Origin: an uncultured virus (IMG/VR IMGVR_UViG_3300022926_000002)
Lineage: Duplodnaviria > Heunggongvirae > Uroviricota > Caudoviricetes
DNA length: 63,483 nt
IMG/VR virus record: IMGVR_UViG_3300022926_000002
Reading direction: 5' to 3' (one strand)
Numbering within the stretch: position 1 is the stretch's first letter; the number at the start of each line of letters is the position of its first letter. A model generated the notes under the pieces. It did no database searches and had not been told where the DNA came from. It was given only the letters and a program-made list of their open reading frames with translations. Positions 30,101-38,400 of this stretch are shown one piece after another. The position numbers were made by a program, and so were the translations under genes.

Positions 30101-32102
30101 GTCTGTTCGGGAAGTCATCAATACCAACTGATGCAACTTGACCTGTACCACCACTTTCAGAATACAGCATATCACCTGGTTCAACATTACCAACAAGGTT
30201 TCTTACATAAATTGCTGAGTCAGACGTAACACTTGTTGTCCAGGATACGTAACCTGATGCACCTGATGAGAAAGTGATATAATCACCTTCGGCAAATAAT
30301 GATTCAATTGAGTGACCTGGTTGCATAAAGAATTCTTGACCAAGGTCGGCAATTGTACCTTTTGAGTTGAATGGGTTAAGAGGTGGTTCGACATCCAAAC
30401 GGTTAAAGTTTGACAACTGAGAACTATCTCGAATATATGGTGAACGTCTTAGCAACGCACCTGGGCGATATGCAACTGCAAATCCTCCTTCAGGATAATC
30501 AAAGTTATCAACTTCAAAGTTCATATATGCAAAACCTTGAACATAACAACCTGATCCAACAAGAACACCGTTAGTTCTTTCAAATCCTGGTTTCTTTTGA
30601 ATAACTGTTGCATACTGACCGGCTGTTGAAGTCATAGAACAATCGTCAGGTAATTCAATTGGGTCATCTACATAATAAGTACCTGGACCTACTGAAATAT
30701 GAACTGCTTCGTTTAATGCGTTTCTGTTATAAACACCGCCTGCTTTTTCAACTGCAAGTTCCGCACCGCGTTTTAGTGTTTGAACAGGTCTAAGAATTGT
30801 ACCTGGGTTGTTGTCATCGCCATCAACGGCAACGTGTACTTTAAGAGCTTTTTCTGTTGATTTAGAAATTTCGTCAAAGAATTGGCGATAGCTGATCTGT
30901 TGTGTTTCATTTGTTTTAACATTTTTAATGGCGAAGTAGTTATCTTCATCCATGTTTGGTTGCCACACTTTGTGTAGTTCCATGTCAAAGTCAACAAGTG
31001 TTGAGCTATCAATTGTTGTGTTTGAAACTTCTGAGTCCTGAATAGAACCATCAATAAATGATGATTTATCAGAGATTGCCATTCCTTTTGTTTCGGAACT
31101 TGTGATGGTCATATTTGACGCTGTCACATTATCCATAACACCTTGGAACGATGAATTAGTAATTACGTTATTATCAAGAGTACCATCTTGAATTGTTGTA
31201 TCGGTAAATACATTATTGGATCCTGTTCCGTCACTGAAATCAGAGTCAGTAATATTTACTGAATTAATGAACCCGCCTGTTATGGAGGATGAAGTCATCG
31301 TAACATTGTTGGCAGTTGAATCTATAATCCGACCTTGTAGAATAGTACTAGTAAATACGTTATTATTACCAGTGCCATCACTGAAATCAGTGTTTAGGAT
31401 TGTTGAGTTAGCAATTGCTGTATCCCAAATTTGGCCGTTTGAAAATCTTGAGTTTGTAATATCAACATCATCAAGATCAACATTGAAGATAGAACTGTTA
31501 GAGATAGTACCTTCAGAAAAATCAGTTGTAACGATTGATGAGTTAGAAATCGTAGCATCTTCAAGAATAAGTTCGTCGATACTAATGTTTGTAAGGATCA
31601 GGCCATTTGCAGTACCTTGGTCAATAGTAACATTATTATATTCGGAATTGTCAATACGAGAATTCGTAAAGACCATATTGTTACCTTGGCCGTCATTGAA
31701 TGTTGAATTGTCAATTGTTGAATAAGTAAATACATCGTTGTTACCTGTGCCATCACTGAAATCAGAGTTCAGGATAGTTGAGGCATTCATCGAGATATTG
31801 TTTGCGGTTGCAGTCAGAATGGTGACATTAGATATCACGGTCTGTTGCATTGTTCCGCGGTTTATTGCCGAGTCATTAATTTGTGTAGTATTAATAACTG
31901 AGTCGGACATTGTAACACCGGAGATTGTACCTCCAGTGATTGTAATTCTATCAAAGATTTCATATTGTATAGCTTGAACTAATTCAGCTCTAGTTAGGTT
32001 CTTTGTACCGTCATCACCTTGGATAAGGTTAACTATAACAAAGAGGTCTTCGGTGCGTGTATTTGCACCGGTTATAGGACCTAGTTCTGTAATCTTTGAC
32101 AT
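21102..32102 (-). CDS. Giant repeat-rich virion protein, 3666 aa (beta-solenoid-like N-terminus, pectin-lyase-like segment, CxRD helical repeats, His/Cys beta-repeats)
   Basis: Uninterrupted ORF under its own late promoter. S/T/N/D/I-rich N-terminal part; VHVAVDGDDNNPGT...PVQTLKRG beta-helix start motif; 11 CxRD repeats plus one degenerate; 9 repeats ending HTFVSA. Confidence 0.85.
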   Translation of the reverse strand: MSKITELGPITGANTRTEDLFVIVNLIQGDDGTKNLTRAELVQAIQYEIFDRITITGGTISGVTMSDSVINTTQINDSAINRGTMQQTVISNVTILTATANNISMNASTILNSDFSDGTGNNDVFTYSTIDNSTFNDGQGNNMVFTNSRIDNSEYNNVTIDQGTANGLILTNISIDELILEDATISNSSIVTTDFSEGTISNSSIFNVDLDDVDITNSRFSNGQIWDTAIANSTILNTDFSDGTGNNNVFTSTILQGRIIDSTANNVTMTSSSITGGFINSVNITDSDFSDGTGSNNVFTDTTIQDGTLDNNVITNSSFQGVMDNVTASNMTITSSETKGMAISDKSSFIDGSIQDSEVSNTTIDSSTLVDFDMELHKVWQPNMDEDNYFAIKNVKTNETQQISYRQFFDEISKSTEKALKVHVAVDGDDNNPGTILRPVQTLKRGAELAVEKAGGVYNRNALNEAVHISVGPGTYYVDDPIELPDDCSMTSTAGQYATVIQKKPGFERTNGVLVGSGCYVQGFAYMNFEVDNFDYPEGGFAVAYRPGALLRRSPYIRDSSQLSNFNRLDVEPPLNPFNSKGTIADLGQEFFMQPGHSIESLFAEGDYITFSSGASGYVSWTTSVTSDSAIYVRNLVGNVEPGDMLYSESGGTGQVASVGIDDFPNRLVGRGGGCMLADRRVLDPDSLFTYVLCFGFTPRTQNGMGYVARDGAGVNGIGSLSIFVRTAFYALNGGQMTLNNSGTQFGDISMRAKGSTEVFTPSSTDEAILFSNTVFADTLMDNKQDIIEDMVGYLTTPVSQGGLGYQGYDAEKCKRDTGIIIDSVGYDVALNTNYWGRLNGIAYSSPISYVVKNEQLTETLGANEHLKSEINRLFSNSEAAVNTRANVSLDETLNILENGESYASDLFFTDTGNVARTAAREIIQDNRELIIDGMVEWIDNNDEFFSYDSAKCRRDIQEYILPAVKWDSMLDTNYNSVVAGQAYYSKQGQTVVENQREETVGSFERLRKITDDLVEANSAIMAERSYDRMSTIIDILDNTRTQKFNPTKATYEPDTGRMVITIGAHTLQKGQFVTIADEAFTFTCDSDGNKLEISHPRKSDTFNYRRAIPIDEVSAKTITINAGTTGANFAHTFVSAKPSSVSVLGEALTFSDDAGIPADKRNARKQLQANKEFIQDYMEGWAENQWYFYDSKKCERDTKEYIMPAVQRDLLLGTNFNAYQTGIAYRSKSGEVSVTKQLEQTVASINHMKSETANTVTGNTLAVDRVNTSFDQMVALLNNNGKKYTPTDAAYNPVTGVVEITIGAHDFAVGDKIRIEKNSMVFTCALDGNTSQHAYPSTTFETWTPSTATYVPSTGEFTVTISANQLKAGDTVTFKPGAITFTCELDDNVTEHAAPESHHPFFNKPVTIDEVNGFVLKMNVGAVTDGGGVHTFVSALADGLTTERQHPAYENPVEISARTATTITVNVGKSQDTSAHTFVSATTNAIREDGMWTGKYTPQDVTYDPVNGEMVVTIGQHDLPVGQWISIAPESIVFSCDVGGVVGTDPAPLPGHPAYNQPVRITETTSTTFTVNVGNANGHANTHTFVSATKDCIDGHALYFTDPAKFVKAYTPTNATYDPNTGDMVVTIPGHDIEVGDNVQTKPLSFAFSCGFNGGGTDYHPRIGEPMYEHPQEVTAADATTITFNAGSAGGYTGAHTFVSAEEGSIIKVSSSEKGKYAARQLQKNKTFIQEEITAWLNDNYFIYDKEKCMRDTGYILNAVMRDVLTGSNNNAVYTGLGYRIGTVGANNVVNNQLTETVGAITWLKGKINTDVLTDATAIARSDAAFDEIIDIMSNGNAAADAIDFGIQSISEDAFAARHILQLNKSFIQKEAIAWITANHPGFVYDTVACERDLGIFVDTVSWDVQHGSTASTVNNSRLYFENALPVLADDEIVPTSEVYDHIAKIAGQIVRGEEVDNLQSVVTQVKTDEDTYTPTTATYDPVTGIMVATIGTHNFVIGDRITIDPESITFSCGFGGGGTDSHPNAADPNLRKQFIITAADATTITVNAGSANGYTGAHTFVSADADCIRRANVAEAYTATDVAYAHMTGVMEVTLGDRHRFSVGDYVIFDENAITLSCPTSPTDPTPINISHPRPTDPIFNKPVRIDAVTSTTITMQVGDAKVDKVHTFVSATANGIRRSLAPTVSSSVVNLFDGVGQTIRNNDGTVPTVIEPKPTSAYGTTIISEARLIGGSKPKYQTEIIDLIAVTYSGLAYNEAKCYRDIGYIVDAITEDLEYGGDAATVHSANYYFLGAVNTLPPEQRGPTRLAYQHLADVIDEVSRAITVTATTGNVRVQDTTSIPAADVATGSRAHDLVEIIAQTVDDFSPIKIPAVTSKPLMEPSRTYARQSLAMNREFIQNEIVNYIDDEFYTFDENKCARDAGFILDAVRRDVQTGSNYNGKYVGKSYRIGTVGADKVIEDQLAETIEGIQYIQKDIESRLTGVALTRAQNSFSNIITAMVNDYTPDGTNYDYGTGNRGSNNINARQALQLNRAFLQAEATAWVAANYPSLSYDTAKCERDTGIMADAASYDIQHVTNTAMLDVAKLYFENGLSTLSADQRAPTAALYTHLGDVSRDLILKIDVTPSAGNTVIQNKVFGPVAAAIGNDMQDLWEIIATVIAADSLVDMPDDIEVFAGAVGAASYDYETEAALIGSRKDALQSTITDYLKTTFNYLEYDRDRCFRDTGYIIDAICHDIQYGGNSAMVNAAGLYFKNAVNLLPTDQRDATRMAFTRLGEIVEHVTRNELVPVEFGAKYTPTTAVYDNVTGEIVITIGQHELTTNDHVMLTEDGMTFTCDMDGNTTNHAAPQPHHPAYLRAIPVLATSSTTITVNVGPAAGGAHTFVSALPNAVSQVTGNLIKQDTSHLAARRTIATEAKNLAWIVANIADDNDEKGIPLEVPPFTNWIQSDLITAKEAIEDSIPALATSVINYITNNWNGISYPKQKCRRDIGILVDAISHDVNYSTNFASVQSAQFYFRNATSVLPYDQRQQTADLYTVMADVVSAVVQEQTPTNYGYTPTNVVYDPLTGMMTATIGSHNIEAGDFVTFDNLGITFSCPTSDVDPTPIEISHPRVGGDEWADGKPCRVEFVDGTTITMNAGPAGVDKAHTFVSATEGAIRKAIVTRQAQDISGAPATAVEGEYVADMIRIIEDAIRRDSIDGIPEIIEPDTSWIDNSLVWAGKEIDDNLDILADDVTNWINTTYNVLDYNKVKCRRDAGYLVDAFAYDLNYGGTSASKWNAAFYFWNNVYRIPEDQRVPTAKAYRKLGEIARDALLETLPGVSIKGESTTAVEAQHVYDLADIYYRSFLNKDEKDFGPTILPDFDWEDNKVFKFAREILIANRKKLSVETVRFVGQNYKFFDINLTRRDAGNLLQSVANDFKFQNIVTGQDGSQTSTRTYAAAFFDYNGKHVFPVFNPTTPGLSFQGTLNGLGALSNVTGQKPNHAYIVSTDYAGNRYDGTIYYWDGTAWQTDGANNVDLLVSFYQAWTRMKTFIKTNYTPDIDHDAMIDGLFDDVLRASVLRPSVLTFGSLVESIAHQFNGASAGVNRNALPINFRNLGLPISAIASVLSEDGGRVRWSGADELNNQYFARGLRINGRTGRIEGRPFTSSVRKLARRASNSRAVV

Positions 32103-32127
32103 ACGGCTATCCTGCTTCTTTTTATTT

Positions 32128-32135
32128 TATTTATA
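32128..32135 (-). promoter_or_regulatory. T4-type late promoter TATAAATA
   Basis: Exact motif about 26 nt upstream of the 3666-aa gene. Confidence 0.8.
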
Positions 32136-32173
32136 AAGGTATCTTACCGACTATTTATTGTAAAAGGATATTA

Positions 32174-32950
32174 TTATAAATCAGGAAATAAAGATTGGTT
32201 TGGCAGTGGTCTGCTAAATAGCAAGAAACCTATTCCACCTTGTTCTCTGTTATCACGCTCAGTCAATTTAAAGTTTAGGTAATGTTCTCTTCCGTTTCTA
32301 ATTTCGTTCAATTCGTGTGCATAATTTAATTCTGTTGTGAACCTTGAATAAAATTCACTGATGCTATCAAGATCAGTATCCTCATCCACGTTTGTGTGAG
32401 TGCAAATTTGTGTATCAACTAATGTAAGACTTTCATCATCTTCGACATTAAAAGTCTTTCCATTGCTATCTGCTGTTCCTGGCGCTTGAAAATATATTTT
32501 AAAGGTTTCAAATTTTTCTGTATTTAGATTATATATGAATTTAAAGCCACCGCGAATACAGATATCATTGATATTAGCATATTCAGAGTATGGAAACCTA
32601 TCTTTAAAAGGTACATCACCGTCTGATCTAAATGTAGCACCAAAGTTAATAGTTTGTCTATCAATAAATGATGCTGAACCGATTGCAAGTTTACCACCAT
32701 GAGCAACACCAAGACTAGTAATAAAGTTTCTTAATTCGTCATTTACATTTACGTTATTATCTTGAAGATATTGTAACGCTATTTCAGATCTGTTTTCTTC
32801 TGTAAAAATAAGTGCAAATTCTTTTGTTGCGTTATCGTCTTCAGTATTACGTTTACGCATAGTCATAAGATACACGTCTTCTATAATGTTATCACCTACA
32901 ACGGTTGTAGTGTCCTTGCAGACATCAGTAATCAATTGTCTTAATATCAT
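32174..32950 (-). CDS. Hypothetical protein, 258 aa
   Basis: ORF directly abutting the upstream adhesin gene; no motif recognised. Confidence 0.6.
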   Translation of the reverse strand: MILRQLITDVCKDTTTVVGDNIIEDVYLMTMRKRNTEDDNATKEFALIFTEENRSEIALQYLQDNNVNVNDELRNFITSLGVAHGGKLAIGSASFIDRQTINFGATFRSDGDVPFKDRFPYSEYANINDICIRGGFKFIYNLNTEKFETFKIYFQAPGTADSNGKTFNVEDDESLTLVDTQICTHTNVDEDTDLDSISEFYSRFTTELNYAHELNEIRNGREHYLNFKLTERDNREQGGIGFLLFSRPLPNQSLFPDL

Positions 32951-32951
32951 A

Positions 32952-34382
32952 TTATAATCCCCATCTTCCGCGGATGTTGTTCCACCGCTCGGTAATTTGT
33001 GTATCAGTTAATCCTGTATTATGTACTGCCCAATATCCTAAGCGCGCATACCAAGAACTGTTAACTCCACCATATTCATTACTTGCCCCGCCTACGTTCA
33101 TTGCAGTTGAGTTCAATGAAATATTTGCAGCGTTCGTTGTATTTGTTGCGATAATGGTACCGTTTCTAATAATATGTCTACGTGATGGAGTAGAACGCAA
33201 TACAATATGTTGATATGTGGTTTGGACGTTTTGAACACTAAGTCTTTGGCTTGCTGCGCAACAACCACCTTGGTCAAAATACCAATTCCCGTTTGTCCAT
33301 GTTGGGTGAGAGAATATTCCTCTAGAATATCCGACACTACCGTGGAATTTAAACGCGGCATTTTGTGTATAAATCTCAGTTCTACATACCAATTCAATTG
33401 TATAACCTGATGTATTGGTGATCGTAAAGCTATCTGATGCCGGGCCAGTAAATAGGTTTTGATACATAAAGAAGTTCGGAGCAGTGCTACTTGAATCGTG
33501 CCAACCTAATCCTGAGAAATTATTATAAGGACCAGGAAATTCATCCGCCTGTAAGTCTCTGCCTTTACCTGAAATATCCGGCCAAGTACCAGAAGTAGAA
33601 TTATAGTATTGAGCATCACATTCTTGCATCAAGTTAGACGAGGTTGTAACCGAACCAATAACGTGTGTTCCTGTTAATGAATAGATAAGAGTTAAACCAT
33701 TATATTGAAATTGAATAACACCACTTTTACCATAACCGCCAAATGTACTTGCTTGCCCTCTTGTGGCTGATGCGGCGCCAAGGGTATATGTTACTGTTTC
33801 ACCGATGCCGCCTACGGTTGTGACTTCATTCACTCCCCCGGCAGATCCGCCATTACCACCTTTACCTTCAGAATCATTTTTACCTGAGTCTGCATCACCG
33901 CCACCGCCCCCGCCACCTGCACCAAACCCGGTTGCATTCTGACCCTGTTGTTGTTCGTTTGCTGCTGCTCCACCACTACCAAAGTTTGTGGCGCCGCCAG
34001 CATTTCCGATATAGTTTGTTGAAGCTGCACTATTACCGCCAGCGCCGCCGTTTACTGATACATTAGCAATGCCGCGATCACCGCCATAACTTGAACCGCC
34101 ACCTGCCCCGCCGTTGTTAGTAATTGCTGGAGTATTTGGCTCATACCGGCCGCCACCACCAGCCCCGCCTGCACCGGCAATTGTGATTGTAACTTCGATA
34201 CCGTTAACAGCACCGTAAAAATCGCCTAAAGAAATTGTTCCATCTGTTGGCACACTATTATTAACAGTGAAATCAGGAACAAGCCCGCCTCCCCTATAAT
34301 AATCGTTAATTGACCAAGTGGTTCCTTCAAATTCAACTTTAATATCGTCTAATGATATTGGGCCGCTAGTCTGTAGAGCCAT
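32952..34382 (-). CDS. gp38-like adhesin: glycine-rich region plus C-terminal LamG/concanavalin-like domain
   Basis: N-terminus MALQTSGPISLDDIKVEF...ISLGDFYG typical of fibre-tip adhesins, long Gly-rich segment, and C-terminal WPDISGKGRD...GYWAVHNTGLTDTQITERWNNIRGRWGL resembling LamG ends. Confidence 0.7.
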   Translation of the reverse strand: MALQTSGPISLDDIKVEFEGTTWSINDYYRGGGLVPDFTVNNSVPTDGTISLGDFYGAVNGIEVTITIAGAGGAGGGGRYEPNTPAITNNGGAGGGSSYGGDRGIANVSVNGGAGGNSAASTNYIGNAGGATNFGSGGAAANEQQQGQNATGFGAGGGGGGGDADSGKNDSEGKGGNGGSAGGVNEVTTVGGIGETVTYTLGAASATRGQASTFGGYGKSGVIQFQYNGLTLIYSLTGTHVIGSVTTSSNLMQECDAQYYNSTSGTWPDISGKGRDLQADEFPGPYNNFSGLGWHDSSSTAPNFFMYQNLFTGPASDSFTITNTSGYTIELVCRTEIYTQNAAFKFHGSVGYSRGIFSHPTWTNGNWYFDQGGCCAASQRLSVQNVQTTYQHIVLRSTPSRRHIIRNGTIIATNTTNAANISLNSTAMNVGGASNEYGGVNSSWYARLGYWAVHNTGLTDTQITERWNNIRGRWGL

Positions 34383-35295
34383 TTTTCAAATTATCCACTT
34401 CATCTTTGAGCTCTTTAATTGCTTCAATAAGAAGGCCAACAATGTTTCCATAACGTACTGCTTTGAAATTTCCATTTTCTTCAGAGTGTGTTTCGTATAC
34501 TACTCCGGGAAGTACTTTTTCAATTTCTTGTGCTATAACACCTGTGGCAATTTCTTCTTTGCCAATATAGTTAAACGTATATCCGTTAACTTGTGATACT
34601 TTATCGAGAGCGTTATCAATTACGTTTATATTTTCTTTTAGTTTCCTATCTGATGCAGCATAAGCTGTTGTAACTTCGCCTGTTGCAAATACATCCTGGG
34701 CATATACATCAACACAAGTTAAGTCACCCGATAAAGTTAAATCATCCGCTGTCAGTGTTCCACCGAATGACGTATTACCTGTAACCGTGAGGTCACGGCC
34801 AACTGAAACATCTTCAGTTGCTACAATTGATTCAATTGTTTCAAGGTTTGGAACTTTTAATGTACCTGCTGCTGACAATTCAAAACGAGTTGCGCCAACA
34901 CCTGTATTAATAATGAAGTTAAGATTTGTATTATCTTCAATACCAATATCCCATGAGGATGTACCGTTTGTATATCGTGTTAATGCACCACTTGCGCCAT
35001 ATTGAAATGTTGCGGCAATTTCTGACGCAGAACTTGTAACCTGAAGCGGTGAACCCAACACGACGGTGGCACCACCTGTATAGGAAACAATTGAGTCTGT
35101 TTTAATTTGTGTATCAGCAAGAAGATTTGTAACTGTCAAATCACCGACTAGATTGACATCCCCGGTTGTAATATCCCCGGCAACGGACGCGGTAACCGCT
35201 GAAGTTCTAAAAAGATCAACCATTTCATTTGTTTTATCAAACCAGTTTTGAAATGATTGTGCAGTTGTAATATTTTGAATATTCGACTTGGCCAT
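34366..35295 (-). CDS. Short tail fibre with peptidase S74 chaperone domain
   Basis: SDRKLKENI...GVIAQEIEKVLPGVV...YGNIVGLLIEAIKEL at the C-terminus; FQNWFDKTNE N-terminal helix. Confidence 0.8.
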   Translation of the reverse strand: MAKSNIQNITTAQSFQNWFDKTNEMVDLFRTSAVTASVAGDITTGDVNLVGDLTVTNLLADTQIKTDSIVSYTGGATVVLGSPLQVTSSASEIAATFQYGASGALTRYTNGTSSWDIGIEDNTNLNFIINTGVGATRFELSAAGTLKVPNLETIESIVATEDVSVGRDLTVTGNTSFGGTLTADDLTLSGDLTCVDVYAQDVFATGEVTTAYAASDRKLKENINVIDNALDKVSQVNGYTFNYIGKEEIATGVIAQEIEKVLPGVVYETHSEENGNFKAVRYGNIVGLLIEAIKELKDEVDNLKNGSTD

Positions 35296-35296
35296 T

Positions 35297-35476
35297 TTAA
35301 TTCTTCTCTATTAAATCTAATCGTTCGCAGATACGTGTGATACAAATTTTTATATCAGAGATCTCTTCAGCTAACGCAGTAACATTGCGGTGTAATGCTC
35401 TTTCCTGTTTATATTTATTAAGAGCAGCGGCGTCATTATTTAGAACGGCATTACTATTTTTATCGCGAGTATACAT
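35297..35476 (-). CDS. Small coiled-coil protein, 59 aa (not in ORF track)
   Basis: Manual translation MYTRDKNSNAVLNNDAAALNKYKQERALHRNVTALAEEISDIKICITRICERLDLIEKN. Its ATG overlaps the VrlC stop (TAATG) and it fills the gap to the next gene. Confidence 0.75.
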   Translation of the reverse strand: MYTRDKNSNAVLNNDAAALNKYKQERALHRNVTALAEEISDIKICITRICERLDLIEKN

Positions 35477-38400
35477 TATGTCAAAGCAATCCCTCTATAA
35501 TCTTTTACGAATGGAACAGAATATTGGTTTGGTGATCTCAATTCAATTTTGATAGCAAACTTTCTATAACCTGTAAATGTTCCTGCGGTATTTGTATATT
35601 CAAGAACACCTGAACCGTTTTTCGCTGTTGCAGGTACTCGGTATTTAAACTCACGGAAATCATTCAGATTTGCCGATGATGAGAAAGAACCAACACCTTC
35701 AAACAATTCCATCTCAATCCAATCAGCATTTTCAAATGATGCAGGATCATATTGGTTTTGTGGTTTAATATAAAGTTTAATGTCTGATCCTGCGGGTCGA
35801 TATCCAGTTACAAACACTTCCATATCTTCGGCATCAAGATCTTCTTTAAGTTCAATTGTTTTTGATACATATTTAGAAGTATCTTCAGTATTTGTAATCT
35901 TATACTGATAAGCAATAACCGATGATCCATCAAGGTCAATAAACGGTGACGATGTGGTATTGTTGTTATTAGTCATGCTGATAGTCATATCAAACGGACG
36001 AGAATTTGCGGTATCATTTGACTTACTGTAAATGATATTACCTTTATTTGTAAAGTGATTTGATGCACCGAACCGCATTGGCAACGTATAGTTGTTCAAA
36101 GTATTTGTTGCATCAACAAAACTTCCTGAGATTGATGTTGTGGTTTCAGTATCATTACTACGATAAATCATCGGTTGAATATAACTGACAGTCACGTTAT
36201 CAACAGTTGAAATTGTTGCTTCTGTACCTGAGTCCAATCCTAAGATTGTTGAACCTGTTCCGAAGATCCTTACACCTGAAGCATTTGAAGATCTCAAATA
36301 TAACAAGTTTGGCTCAAATGGGTTATAGTATGAAACAACACCGGTTACAACTGGTTTATGGAAGTGGTTTGTCCGAATGATTGTTGAAGGTTTATTCAGC
36401 GTGATTTGAGTATCAGAATCTACACTTACAACTTCAAAAATATCAATGTTGCCTCCACCTGTATCTGTAACAAGTATAAAGTCACCATTATTATAAGTAT
36501 CAGTTAATGTAGTACCAGTCAAGATATTACTTCCAACAGGAATATTAATTTGCGTTCCTGTTGAACCGCTGATAGTCATTTCACGGTAAACTCTTTCACC
36601 TTGTTTAAATGTGCCATTCCATGTTGTTAAGGTAAAGAATTCATTTGCATCTTGTGTTAATGTAATAGAACCTGTTGCCGCACTAAAGTTATGACGATAT
36701 AGTGTGAATTTTAAATCTTCATCTTGATATGATTGCCATGCTTTATTGTTTGTAGAAGTGAATAGAACACCATCACCCCAGTCTTGAACAATTGCTTGGC
36801 CGTTTGTGGCACCAGGTGTTAAATCGGTTCCACCAACTTTTGATGTAAACAACAAGTAGTTTGGATCACAACCGTCAGGCATGATAACAACTGAATATTC
36901 TTTTTCAACATCAAGTCTTACAGGTGCGGTAAAATCAATTGTTGTTGCTACACTTGAGTCGTCGGAAATATTTACATCCTCGGGATTTAGGTGTATTTTT
37001 GAGAAAGGAATAATTGATGTAGAAGGATAACCGTTTACAACTTCACGAAGCATTACGGTAACACCTTGAGTTGTTGATTTCTTTTTGAAATACAAATCAA
37101 TTTTAGATGCGAAAATTGTACCAGAACCGCGGCCCATACCACCTTTAATAAAGAATGTTTGTGCTAATGGATCCCAATCAACACCACGGATACCTGGAGG
37201 TGTTGGTCTTGGATCATCGTCATCGCTCGGCTCAGGACGTGGTCTTGGGCGTCTTGCCAAGTTACGTTCAGTCATTGAAGCGGTACCAACGGTTGCAGGA
37301 ACACGAGTTGATTGTGTCAGTGTTGTTTTCTCGACATTAATATTCCATGCGTGGTACGATAGTGTTCCGATAGATGTTGCACCAGATCCGATTTCCGAAT
37401 AGGTATCAACGTCAACAACTTCAAGGCTTCTATCACCGCAATAGAATGTTTCAGAAGGAATACTAAACACCGCTCTGATAACACCATTTGCGTCGGATAC
37501 AACAGGATCACCTTTTGCACCATAGCGATTAACTGCTCTTGCACTATTACTTGATGTACCTGGGAATACGTGAGCGTTTACATCAACGGCATCAAAGAAG
37601 AAATAATGACGAGTATTAGGACGAAGACCTGCCATATAAACATTGACATCTCTTGACCGCATAAACGGATTGAACTCAACATTTGATGCAAATTCACCAA
37701 CGTCTGATTGAACAACTGATTCTGTTGCTGACAATTCCCAAGTACGAACTTCTGCAACTTGTGTTGGGAACCAATTGTTGTCACCGCCAACTTCACGCAA
37801 AATTCTACCTGTATCAATTGATCCTGTTAATGGAATAAATTGCTGTACGTTTTCAAGGAAATCTGCAAACGGACTTACGAGATTAATATCAATTGAAACT
37901 GGGTCAGCAACTGTATCTTGTACCGAGTCAAAGGCAGGGAACAAATCACCTAACCCAACATACTTATAAAAGTTACTTACGGCATTTCTAAATCCTGATG
38001 CGTATGGTTGTTTGATAACTGAAATATGACTATCACGGCTAAGTGTGGCAGCCTCAGGTTCATCAGTATTTGGGAATACCGATGCACTTGATGTAGATTT
38101 TAAACGTAAATCTAATGGGAATGTTCTTACCGCAGGTTGTAGTTGCTTTTTATCAAAAGGAACAGATGCGTTAAATTCATTGTCTTGTACGTTTGCAAGA
38201 TCTAGGTTGTTCAATGGATCTACTATATAACCATTCTTAAACCTTGTCAATCCATTTTCATCAGTAATTAGCAAGTTTGTTGTTTCGGTTTCCAATTGGT
38301 TCAACTGAATATAATATTCCATTGCCTCCAATCTTTTCTCGATTGACTTAATATCTCGCATAGTATAATTTTCAACTGTCTTTGAAGACATCTTGATTGC

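Noticed and set aside
21102..32102. Calling the phage a cyanophage because of the biliprotein-like repeats
   Set aside because: No photosynthesis or bilin-synthesis genes are in the window, so the host cannot be inferred.
32174..32950. Aromatic prenyltransferase-like call from the KIYF motif
   Set aside because: A four-residue match is too weak; left as hypothetical.
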